Positions 52,021 to 64,000 of a stretch of 64,000 bases of DNA are shown here, piece by piece (the first letter of the stretch is position 1; every line of letters starts with the position of its first letter). The notes under the pieces were generated by a model. That model was not told where the DNA came from and ran no database searches. It saw only the letters and a list, made by a program, of their open reading frames with translations. Source of the stretch: Octopus bimaculoides (lineage: Eukaryota); NCBI RefSeq assembly GCF_001194135.2, contig NC_068998.1:23487755-23551754 (forward strand). The letters run 5' to 3'. Made by a program: the position numbers and the translations under genes.

Positions 52021-53210
52021 AAAAAAATATGTGTATTATATAAAAATATATAATATAATATATATATATACAGAGAGAGAGAGAGAGAGGGAGAGAGAGA
52101 GTGAGTGAGTGAAACTGTGTGAATGCACTTCGTATATGCACACAGTCACACATACTTGTGTATATATATATATATGTGTATANNNNNNNNNNNNNNNNNN
52201 NNNNNNNNNNNNNNNNNNNNNNNNNNNNNNNNNNNNNNNNNNNNNNNNNNNNNNNNNNNNNNNNNNNNNNNNNNNNNNNNNNNNNNNNNNNNNNNNNNNN
52301 NNNTATATATATATATATATATTTATATATATGTATATATATATATATATATATACATATATACACTTGTATATGTCTGTTTGCGTGTGTGTGTGTGCGT
52401 GTGTGTGTGTGTGCATATGCGAAGCGCATTCACACAGTTTCTCTCTATAAAATTCACTCACAAATCTTTGGTCGGCTCGGAGGTAAAGTAGTAGAATTTA
52501 TACTCAAGACATCGTGCAATAGGTTTGAACTACAAAAGAGAAATTCGTAAAAACTTCGTTGCCATGCCAGTGCCTATATATTAGGAGATTACACTCGTCT
52601 CAGTATAACATTGAGAGATATACTGAATAAATACAATAGTGGGCTCACTTCTCTGCATTCAATTCTATTTTGAGCTGTAGCTACAAAGCTCCTACCAATA
52701 GCTTCATATTCTGCCTTATTGCAAGCAATAACCTCTCTTTTCATATGCTGTAGTTATTATAAAAAAGCGTTCGTACGTACATGTAAAAAAGATTTTCAAT
52801 TAGATGATACCTTGCAGTTTGAAAAGACTTCGTTAAATGATTTCACCAATTTTGAGGAGGCATTGATTCTGAAAAGATGCCATCTTAAATGCAGAAGTAT
52901 ATATTGGCATATTATTTTGGTCGTGAGAATATTCTGTATTCTAGATTCCAAGGGATATTGGGTGTGTGTTGCGGTGTTAGTGCGTGTTTGTGCGTGCGTG
53001 TATTATGTAAAACAACTAGTGGTATATTGATATTTGTTAGTTTCTTGCAGTGTGTAAATGTGTATACATGCATACCCTTATTCCTATACAAATTATGTGT
53101 ATGTGACTTTCTCGCTCTCGTTATTTCTTTCAGCATATACGCGCGCACACAGTCACACAAAATATATTGATATATATATATATATAATCCATCTTCTGTT
53201 TCTTAATTGT

Positions 53211-53349
53211 TATTATCTCAACTAACACAGTGGAATTCCTGAAGTGGATCAAACGAAAATATACCCCAACAATGGATGACACCAGGTAGCTGAAACCGTT
53301 CCAGGGCTTTATTCAACACATTAACACACAAATCGACATATACCCATTA
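53211..53349 (+). repeat. Unclassified dispersed repeat; partner of 49755-49892
   Basis: See partner feature. Confidence 0.75.
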
Positions 53350-53392
53350 ATCCAAAGTATTATACACACACGTACACACGCAGGCACACAGA

Positions 53393-53401
53393 TAGATAGA
53401 T

Positions 53402-53469
<68 letters not shown>

Positions 53470-53484
53470 TGATAGATAGATAGT
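53393..53484. repeat. (GATA)n microsatellite
   Basis: Directly visible. Confidence 0.97.
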
Positions 53485-54470
53485 TATATTATAACGTCAT
53501 CAGACGAGATCCCTATATATTCAATACAGATATCATTCAGTAATGTTCAAATGATTGAACATACACCCCGAAATTTTTTATCGACGACTACCAATTTGTA
53601 GTAAAGTGTGGTTATGAGAAGGTTCCAGGTGAGATGATAAGGAAATGATGATGCAAATAAATAAATAATCACGCTTGGACTTCATATATAAAATATACTT
53701 ACACGTATCTATACAAGAAAATAGATATAGGGTATATATAAAAAAATAAAAACTGAAAATATTAAAAAGATAAACATTCATGTTTAAGACATAAATATTC
53801 ATATATTTACAGAACAGCTTTACAGAGGCTAACGACAGCTGTTTCTAGGGCTCGTAATTACGTAATATTTCTAATGTTGGTAGATGGATTGAGCAAAATG
53901 CCCAGTATATACAACTAGAAGCAGATGCATTTAGCCATTACCGTAAATCCATACACCATCTTCAGGTTTGTGCAATCGGTATCTACCTATCTATCTATTT
54001 ACCCACCCCCATATATATGTATATATATATATATATAAATGTGTTTACATGGGGGTGGTAATTCGTTTCAGACACCTGAGAAATTGTACTTCGTGGAACG
54101 TTTATTTCGTGGAGCTACATTTTCAAATTGACAGATGCATGTTTCAGTTCTTTCTGTATTAGATCAACTTTTGTATAATTTGATATAAATGGTATGACAT
54201 TATTTTTCGGACATAACAGAAAGCTTACTTTAGTATCACCTTGAACATCCCTTTCAAACATTTTATGCAAAATTTCTAGAAAAGGTGTAATTAAGTAGTC
54301 CAGTATCTTTTATCTTTCAAGAAACCTTTCTTACTCGAAAACTGTTTGTCTTCAAATGATAATGCATTTAAACGAAATAATATCTTTAGTTTGAAGAAAG
54401 AGAGAAGATAGCTTGAAGCTGAGCAAAATAGCTGATGATTTAGGGTTGTGAGTATACAATTAAATATATT

Positions 54471-54704
54471 CTGTTTAATCTGAGGAGAGTCATTTTCTTT
54501 TCGTGCCTAATAATTTAACACACTCAGCAGTAAAATTTCCACTTCTTCCTTATTTTTATTTTCCTAATGAAAACTATTGAAATGGTTGCAAGACGCAACG
54601 AAAATATTAGGAAAATAAAAATAAGGAATAAGTGGAAATTTTACCGGTGAGTGTGTTAAATTATAAGGCACAAAAAAGAAAATTACTCTCCCCAGACACA
54701 ACAG
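54471..54704. mobile_element. Palindromic MITE with arms of about 100 bp
   Basis: 54471-54568 is the near reverse complement of 54606-54704 around a spacer of about 37 bp; termini CTGTT..AACAG. Confidence 0.88.
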
Positions 54705-57447
54705 AATATGCTTCAACACACGAACTCACATACAGAATATTGCAAACCAAATCCAAAAACGAAATAAAATATATGCTATAAATGAGTGGAATGACAAATG
54801 AGACAGAATTATAGAAACCGCTTGTACGAACCAAAGCAAGACTGATAAAAATATATAGTGCAAATGATTGGAAAGAAAGGCAACGGTGTGGACTGTTCAA
54901 ACTGAGTTGTATTGTCTGAAAAATATTGTCGCATGATTTTAATAAAATCTTCATAAAATGCTACTTAAATTGTTACNNNNNNNNNNNNNNNNNNNNNNNN
55001 NNNNNNNNNNNNNNNNNNNNNNNNNNNNNNNNNNNNNNNNNNNNNNNNNNNNNNNNNNNNNNNNNNNNNNNNNNNNNNNNNNNNNNNNNNNNNNNNNNNN
55101 NNNNNNNNNNNNNNNNNNNNNNNNNNNNNNNNNNNNNNNNNNNNNNNNNNNNNNNNNNNNNNNNNNNNNNNNNNNNNNNNNNNNNNNNNNNNNNNNNNNN
55201 NNNNNNNNNNNNNNNNNNNNNNNNNNNNNNNNNNNNNNNNNNNNNNNNNNNNNNNNNNNNNNNNNNNNNNNNNNNNNNATTATGTATTTATCTTTACACA
55301 CACAAAACGCGATTATTTTTACAAGAAAAGTTTTTAAATATATTTTCGACACATGCAAAATACTTCAGTTATCAAATGTTATCATTTTGTACAGACAATG
55401 AAAAATGTTTCTGCAATGATCACAAAGTATTGGATATAAGACACCCTCTGAATATTTAAAACAAATACGTCATGTTAAATCCAATATGACCATTATAACA
55501 TCACACAGCAAACAGCTGCTGCTATAATCTATTTTACTTCAATACTACGTGGCAGCTACAATATTTATAAATGGCTATCAGAATCTATGACCTCAGCACA
55601 CATAATTTGCAACACTTATCTATTAAAGTCGATTATTGGCCAGTTAGCTATATTTTCACTTATTTTGGTTATGTTTCTCCACTTTCTCTGAGACGTGTCT
55701 CTTTTTCTCTTTCTCTTGTTCCATTCGTTGATATTTTATTGAGCAGATATGTTATGATACTTTTAAAACAATTCCTCACAATAAGGAAAGAAAGACTACA
55801 ACATATGCAATCAATCTTTATAAAATAACTTTGATCATTTTACTTTATCAATTTTCTTTTTCTTGAAAATTTTTGCGTGTATTTAAGCATATTTTATTTT
55901 GTATGAGTAGATATACTTGTATGGGCGTCTATGCGAAATGCATCTGAATGCCTGTGTATTCATTAATGCATTTTACACTTGAACAGTCAACTGTTTGGAA
56001 AGTAGTGCAAATAATAAAATTCAAAAATGAGTTGAATAGTTTAGTCAAATTATTTTCTCACCTCCACCTGTATTATCTTTTCTTTACTCTTTATCCTTGC
56101 CATCATTGATCTTATGTGCATTGTTCCATTCTGCTATCAACTGAACATATCGGGAATACTTCGAAGTGACTTAGAAGATACCAAAATTAGTAAAGAAACA
56201 ACAAAACATAAAAAAAAGACAGCAGCTAACATTTGAGATATTCATATTAACTGTACAACATCTTAATTTAAGATGCAGCAAAGAAAGAAGAAAGAAAAAA
56301 AGGGAATCAAACATAAATTATTTCTTGGAAGAAGAAATCTTCTCCAGAGATTAGTTTTTCAAAGTATTTCACAGAGGGAAATGTCACAGAATTTAATTAG
56401 ACATGATATCTCCAAAGAATTTCTATCGTCTTAAATATCTTCTGACAAAAACTATAAAAATAACCAGAAGTATAATAATAACCACAATCCACCGCACAAA
56501 CACGCTTCCCTGTATATAACATTCAAATGAATACATGGTAAAGAAACTAGTTCTTGTAAAAATTGGAATGGAGTGAAAATGATATGCAATAATATTTGTG
56601 ATTGTTTAACATTATGTCATGAAAATCGAGCTTTGATTTCATTTAAGATTAATTGCAGATGATATCACTGCCACTTTAAAAGTATCGCATTCAATGTTAA
56701 AGAATATTTTTTTTTTACGCTTTAAATCTTGCCATGAAAACTTTTAGTGAAACCGATTGAAAATTAAAGAGAACACTTACAAGAAAATGTTTAGTTAATA
56801 ATTTTTCGAGAAGGTGGAAATCTACAAGGCATTATATATGTCGTTACGTCCTGTGATATATTGGTTTCAATTTTCACCGAGATATATTTTGATATTCATC
56901 ACACAAGTTAACTGCATATGTCTTTCCGACGTTCCTCGACTATATAATATGGATACACTACCTCTGAAATTTTTTTAACACCTTCTCAGGAATTGTTTGT
57001 GTTTCGTAGATATCACTTCCTTTCACAAACATTTGCATTCTCATTACAAGATGGACTCTGGAAATTTGTGTTAAGATGCTTTCATATATTACTGTCCGGG
57101 GAAGATTTAGGTCGTTGATTAAAAAAAGAAATAATACAATTAACGAATTTCAGTTGATCTAACTTAAATATATGTCAAACAGGAAAACGTCTGAAAGCAC
57201 CCATAATTCTAAAACGACTGAATAATTCTGAGCCCGTAGAAAAGATGCGGAAGATTGGCAAAATACTGGTATTTGATAAACATTTATTAAATCAATGGAA
57301 TTAATTATCACCATCGGAGTAAACAGCTTTAATATTAAAATGAAAATGTTCTATTCTGTTTCAATCCCGATTCCTACGTAACATCGATACACGTAAATAT
57401 ACTTAATGCATATGCATGAGGTTTATGTGTTTCATGAGAACCTGAAG

Positions 57448-57645
57448 GAAAGCGGTGAGCTGGCAGCATTGTTAGCACGCCGAGGAAAATGTTTGGTGGT
57501 ATTTCGTACGTTTTCACGTGGTCGACTTTGCCTGTCATTCATCCAGGGCTGATAATTTAAGTACCAGTAAAAAACTGGGATTGATGTAATCGACTAGTGC
57601 CTTCTCCCAAAATATCAGGCCTTTTACTTGTAGTAGAAAGGATTA
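57448..57645 (+). mobile_element. SINE family 1 with internal deletion
   Basis: gcggtgagctggcagcattgttagcacgccg head; gtcgactttgcc; taagtaccagt. Confidence 0.8.
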
Positions 57646-58229
57646 TGAAAAAATGAATTGATGTGTATGTGTTCGTGGACGTTTAATAATAATAAAAAAA
57701 TTACCACAACAAACATAATTGAATATATTGATTAGATCGCATTTAAGGCTGTTAAAGTTCACACATGCGCTCTCATATTGTGGACAAGTGCTCAATATGC
57801 ATTAGGTATATCTGTTGACGAAATAATCGTCCGCAATGTTGGATAATATGAACGCGTCACCTGAATTTACTGTTTTCTGCAGATTCACAGTGGTACCTGA
57901 GCTTCCCTCTGAATTCCAAAACGATATTCACTGGTACCGCTCTAGAATAATAATCATCATTTATAATATCTATGATAATTATTTCTATCATAGGCACAAG
58001 GCCTGATACTATTTGAAAAAAAATAGTCGCTTAAACTCTGAGTGTCGATACTATTATATTTGAATAAAGCGTATTTCAACATACACTCGTGTTAAATTCA
58101 TGTAATGTGTGTGTACATTGCTTACACACACACACACACATTCATATAGATATGCACAAATACATGTATATATCTATGTAGAAATGCCATATGAATTTAC
58201 ATATATGTATGCCTATATATATGTATATG

Positions 58230-58282
<53 letters not shown>

Positions 58283-58627
58283 NNNNNNNNNNNNNNNNNN
58301 NNNNNNNNNNNNNNNNNNNNNNNNNNNNNNNNNNNNNNNNNNNNNNNNNNNNNNNNNNNNNNNNNNNNNNNNNNNNNNNNNNNNNNNNNNNNNNNNNNNN
58401 NNNNNNNNNNNNNNNNNNNNNNNNNNNNNNNNNNNNNNNNNNNNNNNNNNNNNNNNNNNNNNNNNNNNNNNNNNNNNNNNNNNNNNNNNNNNNNNNNNNN
58501 NNNNNNNNNNNNNNNNNNNNNNNNNNNNNNNNNNNNNNNNNNNNNNNNNNNNNNNNNNNNNNNNNNNNNNNNNNNNNNNNNNNNNNNNNNNNNNNNNNNN
58601 NNNNNNNNNNNNNNNNNNNNNNNNNNN

Positions 58628-58669
<42 letters not shown>

Positions 58670-60317
58670 GCATAAACACACTTTATAAACGTACATAATT
58701 GTGTGAATTAAAGTGTTGTGTTCGAGGCTTCTGTTTTCTGTTTAAACTTATGGATATGACATTTACCTTTGTATCTCATATTTTAATGAGTTAACTTCTG
58801 GTGTTAATTTCCCTGTTTTATTTTCTGAGTAGAAATAGCCGTTTAAGTAATAGTTATCATATAATCTATTAATGAAAACTTCGTGGTAATATGGGCAAGT
58901 TTACTCGTGCCAATATTACAATAATGTGCTCAGGAAGCATTCGATTCCGTGGAATTTCTTGCAGCCATTCTTGTAACTGTTTAGAATTTGGAATTAGTTA
59001 TTGAATTTAATCTGCGATTAGTATCTCTGCTCCGCCAAAACTGCTTTGAAATATGTCTCATATATGTGTGTGCGTGTATGTGTGTGTGTCTGTGTGTATG
59101 TGTGTGTATGTGTGTGTGCGCCCGTGCTTGTGCGTGCAAGCATGTATCCGTATGTGTGTATATATAAACGTATGCGCATATTTGTTAATCTACCACGTTC
59201 GACTGTGTGTGTGTGTGTGTGTTTGTGTGCGTGCGTACGCGAGTCTTTGTTTTTTGTTTTGAAATTCAGTCCTTTTAATTGAATACAAGATTAGCAATTA
59301 TCATTAATATTACTTCCTAATAAATATATATATATATATGTATATTATTTAAAAAATAACATTGAGTTGTAAAAAAAATTGTATCTTATCTAAACTGTTT
59401 AGCATGAAGCGGTGTAGAGGAACTATGGACATAGCTGGGGAAATGCATTAATGCTCACATCAACCGTACAGCGTTATGATTTATGATATTTATTGTGATC
59501 CATACTAGTTGAAATATCATTCATTAAATTACTCGAGAGTAAAGTAATATAACAAGGAAGTTAGTTCCTGACTGTTAAACCAGACTATGTTGGCAATTGT
59601 AACTCGGAGACGTGGAAAATTCCAAAATGAATTTGAAATAATTTTGTCACGCATTATTTCAGTGATTTTCTTCTCCCGAGTAATGTCGTATTTCTTTTTA
59701 ATTAGATATTGATAAAGCACAGATGAGTTTAATATTTACAATAATTACTAAGTCTCCTATCCTTTATGATTAATTTCATTTCCTTAGTGCTAATCGCTTC
59801 CTGAAATAAATAATTTTAATTATTAAGCATTAATCATCTTTGAAATAATGAAAATTTTCACAAAATATTTTTACTGATTATCTCCACAGATTTCACTTGT
59901 TTATAATTTGTGCATTTTATAATAAATATGAATTATATGACATATTTCATTCAAGATCCTCTTGGAATAAAAAGGCACATCATTCGATAGCTTTTCAACA
60001 GAAAAAACATCCTGGTATTCATATAGATATGGGAATGGATGGGAGTGGAAATTCATCATAATGTGAAAGAGTATACTTATCAAATATCTTCGACAGCAAA
60101 TTTCAAATTGCATATTTTTAAAACCTAACCTTCTGTCATTTTAATCATATAGAACTTTTTGAAACGAGGACATAAGTATCATCAGATGAGGTTACGATCA
60201 ATGATATTTATTTTGAGTTAAATGACAAAGTGATACTTATTTTAGAAGCAAGCGACTAATTTGAGAAACCTATAGAGTAAAGATAGATATCAACTTGAGA
60301 TTCAAGTAAAATTTAAC

Positions 60318-60537
60318 ATTGGTTTCAAATTTGGGCAACAGGTCAGTCAGCAATTTTAAGGGCTGGGTAAATCGGTTACATCAACGCCAGTGCTCGGCTG
60401 GTACTTATGTTATCGACCCCGAAATGATGAAAGCTAAAGTCAACTTTAGCAGAATTTTAAGCTAGAACGTAAAGACGGAGGAAATGCCGCTAAGTATTTT
60501 GCCCGGTTTGCTATCAGTCTGTTAGCTCACCGCCTTA
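60318..60537 (-). mobile_element. SINE family 1
   Basis: ctggtacttatgttatcgaccccgaaatgatgaaagctaaagtc..gctcaccgcc. Confidence 0.85.
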
Positions 60538-61319
60538 AAGTGCATCTCAATATTGACGTCTTTAAAATAATACGAAGTCAAGTTTTTAATAATCTATTTA
60601 TTCTTTAAATATTACATATATGTTCAAGTTTCAGTTACCTGTGCTGTTTATCTACATGAAATATCTAAACATTATTGAATATAACACTCTCAATATTGAT
60701 CTTCTTCAATTAGCAGTGAAAATATCCACTAAATATCGATAAATATTTAAATTTCCCTCTTGACAGTTCTCACCTCAAAGTATTTCTCCAACTGTCCATG
60801 ATCATATATTAAAAATATGCATTGAAATATGTATTAATAAGTTACAATCTTTTTTTCCTACTTTTCCTGAATGTTTTCTTGTTTTAAATCTAAAAGTTAT
60901 ACATTTTAGATGTTTTGAACCAAATCTAGTAAGAGCTGAAAAAAAAAATGCTAACCGAAATTTGAACTCGATTAAAATAGTCAAAAATCAAAAGAATATT
61001 CAAATTGAAATTAAGAAAAAAAAAATTTTATTGATCGGTAATTTTGAGCTACAAATTCATTTCCAGTTTTTAAGTATGCACAAATCAATTATTTATGCAT
61101 CTAAATTTGTCACGATCTTCTCTCTGAGAGTTTCAATGAATTAAATATTAGGGGAAACAGATTTCGTTACAAATTCTTGGTCCTACAGATCTTCCCCATA
61201 GGCAAAATATTTATGTAGATTTCCTGTATATGGAATATAATTCACACGAAAAGTTCCGCTGTACACTTTCCAAAATACATGAAGAGATGAATTAAAAAAT
61301 AGATATTCAGTATTGAATG

Positions 61320-61650
61320 CTGTGAGCTGGCGGAATCGTTGGCACATCGAACAAAAGGATTAGTGGCATTTCATTTGACTGAGAATGAAATTTTATGTTT
61401 CGTCTGACATGTGGCTATGGGGAGCGAAGCTGTATTGTAAACGATATTCAAAGACTGGGAACTGACTTCTTTAATTTCAATTAGCGATGCTGGGGTGTGC
61501 GGAGAAAATTTAACATTGTATTATTTTAAAGACGTCAATACTGAGGTGCACTTTAAGGCGGTGAGCTTAGCAACATTTCCTGTTTTTACATTCTGACTTA
61601 AAATTCTCCCAAGGTTGATTTTACTTTTCATCCTTTCGGGATCGTGCAGA
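61320..61650 (+). mobile_element. Two SINE family 1 fragments (61320-61380 head; 61556-61650 deleted copy)
   Basis: gtgagctggcggaatcgttggca; aaggcggtgagct..ttttcatcctttcgggatcg. Confidence 0.6.
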
Positions 61651-62090
61651 AAAAAGTGAGGAGAGGTATTTTTTTTTTGTTATATTGACATTAAGTTGTG
61701 AATCTACAATTGTAATGTATGATCCTTAGATAGTTAGATACACACTTTATGAAAATGTTAGACGTTAATGTAACAAAGGATATGTTTTGGACATAGACAA
61801 TAAACAATTGCTTTTGGAGAATAGGAATATACGTTGACATAAATCTATTCGTATGTGTTTTCATAGGCGTTATTAATTATGACTCTTACCAATGAGAGCA
61901 ATGAACATTTTAAGATAAGTTCTAAGATTAAAATTCTAAATTAACATTAACATTCTAAAGCGGGAATGAACATTAGCTGAAAGAAAAGGACGCGCGATCA
62001 ATAATTATATTGAAAATGACAAATAATATAGATATATGCTGTACATTATCCATGCAATGATAGTTTCCATTAATATATATATACATTGCA

Positions 62091-62690
62091 TACGAGGTGC
62101 ATTTCCAAAATTCTAAGACTTTATAGGTGAGGCAGTATTAACTGCCCAACGTTATTGCAATTTCATAATATAATAAATATACATCTAACATGATAACTTG
62201 ATTACTTTTGTTATCCAGATTGAAGGGTGTAACATAACTGGGTAAACACTGTACAGAAACATATCAAATGCTCCAGACTGACCATAGATTAAATTTTATG
62301 AGACGAACATCTGTTTTTGCGCTGGTACCAGAAGCCAATCAGAGAAATTTTACTAGACAGCGCATGATCATCCCTTTTTCGACATCAAGGGAATCATTTA
62401 TATCCATTCGGATTTCTCTGAGTAGATTTCAACAAAATATTCCTTGTGGTGATTTTGAAGCTATTCAGGAGGAGATTTTGTCGCAAAAGGTCATAGCATG
62501 TGCACCAGGAAAATACATCAGTCTACAGATCAATCAAGGTAACTAACAACTTTACAGAGATGAGCATAATAACTGTCCCCACCCTTGCTACAATCCACAC
62601 ATTGCACTCTGACATTTGATAGTTCCCCAAGCTGTAGGAGAACCTAAATGAGGCTGTGACATGGGTTCAAGGTACTTTCACTGACTTTTA
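62091..62690 (+). mobile_element. Mariner remnant, internally deleted
   Basis: TA-CGAGGTGCATTTCCAAAA terminus; FFDIKGIIY and HPCYNPHIA (HPPYSPDLA motif) remnants. Confidence 0.65.
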
Positions 62691-63180
62691 AAAACAATCC
62701 ATAGCCGCTTAACGAATTGTGTATGCCGTACGGGCATTTACTTGCGGTTGGACCGAAAACCATACGCTTTTGCGAGAATAAACGATTAGCACTTTTGTAC
62801 ATTTATAGATCTGGTGTGTGGGATAGAGTTCTTAATCGCCAGTCTGCAGCCCTTTGAAACATCAATGTTCATAGATTCAAAGTATAGACCTCTTCTTGGC
62901 CTCTCACAAACGTTATTCACTCAGCATTTCATACACTGAAACGTTTTGTAGCACTGTTATATCAATATACACATTTAACTTCTTATATCTATAAACTAAT
63001 AGCGGACATTTACACGTGTTGCTAGTCACATAAAAAGCCGTTTTTTTTTCTTAATTACATCATGAAATGTCGCAAATAAAGAGTGGTGAAATACTGTAAA
63101 ATATTTAATGCGACGTTGCATATATTCATACGTACACGCATTCATATATATATTTACATAAGTACAGATGTGCATGTATT

Positions 63181-63401
63181 CTCTTATTCGTTTACTTGTT
63201 TCAGTCACTTGACTTCGGCCATGCTGAAGCACCGCATTTAGTCGAACAAATCACCCCAGGACTTATTCTTAGTAAGCTTAATACTTATTCAACCGGTCTC
63301 TGTTACCGAACCGCTACGTCAAGAACATCAGTTGTCAAGCGATGGTGGGGTACAAAGACAGATATACAAATACATACACACACAGACTCACACACACACA
63401 G

Positions 63402-63446
<45 letters not shown>

Positions 63447-63610
63447 CGCACACACACACAGAGTTTCCGTCTTCCGAATCGACTCTTAAGGCTTTGGTCG
63501 GACCGAAGCTATAGTAGAAGACTCTTGCCCAAGTTTCCACGTCGAGGGACTGAACCCGGAACAATGTGATCGGGAAGTAAGCTTCTTACCACACACCCAC
63601 TCTTGCGCCT
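63181..63610 (-). mobile_element. SINE family 2, full length with internal (TG)n
   Basis: Head at 63610 (ggcgcaagagtgggtgtgtggtaagaagc..ccgggttcagtccc), microsatellite about 63357-63460, 3' module ending gaaacaagtaaacgaataagag. Confidence 0.9.
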
Positions 63611-64000
63611 ATAGATGTATTTATAATGATATTCAAATTTATACTGAAAAGTGACTGGGAAATGACTTACGTGTTAATAAATATAATTTTAAATAAAGCA
63701 ACATTTGTTGATTTTAGTCCATCGAAGAACTCGATGTTAAACACAAAATAAATACATGTAAAGATAAAGGCAAAATTACGTGAACGTATATAGTACAACA
63801 AGTCACAAAAGCAGAAATTACGATTCAAACTTTACTTCACATAAAATTTACCAGAAGTTAAATCATTCGAATTAATAATTAGTTTCGTGGTTGCCTGCAA
63901 AGTCTATTATTTTGATACAATTACCATGCAAATATTTACAATTAGCAATGGCATGTATTCATATATCGTGAGTATTGTATTTGTAGTGTTTTATCAATCT

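Noticed and set aside
53236-53300. CUGAAGU..CGAAA and GGAUGA..UGAAAC hammerhead-like spacing
   Set aside because: No closing stems; the sequence belongs to the dispersed repeat shared with 49.8 kb, where the motifs are not kept.
1-64000. CRISPR arrays, rRNA, prokaryotic operons or viral inserts
   Set aside because: No regularly spaced repeat-spacer array, rRNA motif or gene-dense segment seen; the DNA is animal-like.

Overview
AT-rich eukaryotic draft-assembly DNA with 11 N-gaps, very dense (TA)n/(CA)n/(AAT)n/(TAC)n/(GATA)n microsatellites and many decayed transposons. The microsatellite load and two tRNA-derived SINE families point to a coleoid cephalopod, probably Octopus (inference, not verified). 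I cannot identify any host protein-coding gene; the long ORFs in the track come from N-gaps, microsatellites or transposon remnants, and only a few weak candidate exons are noted. Recognisable elements: two R4/Dong-like non-LTR retrotransposons (one internally deleted and sitting between TAA arrays, one with a duplicated zinc-finger/endonuclease block), RTE LINE 5' and 3' fragments, Penelope-like element (PLE) remnants, mariner, maT-like, rosa-like and pogo transposase fragments, three MITE families and about 15 SINE copies. The most interesting signal is RNA-structural: three type I hammerhead ribozyme folds found by hand, plus one decayed copy. One has an intact core inside a PLE 3' end (51259-51348), one is a minimal dimer-type fold with a variant CUGUUGA core (51960-51995), and one is an orphan (14656-14708). 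All folds and alignments were done by eye and need computational confirmation.
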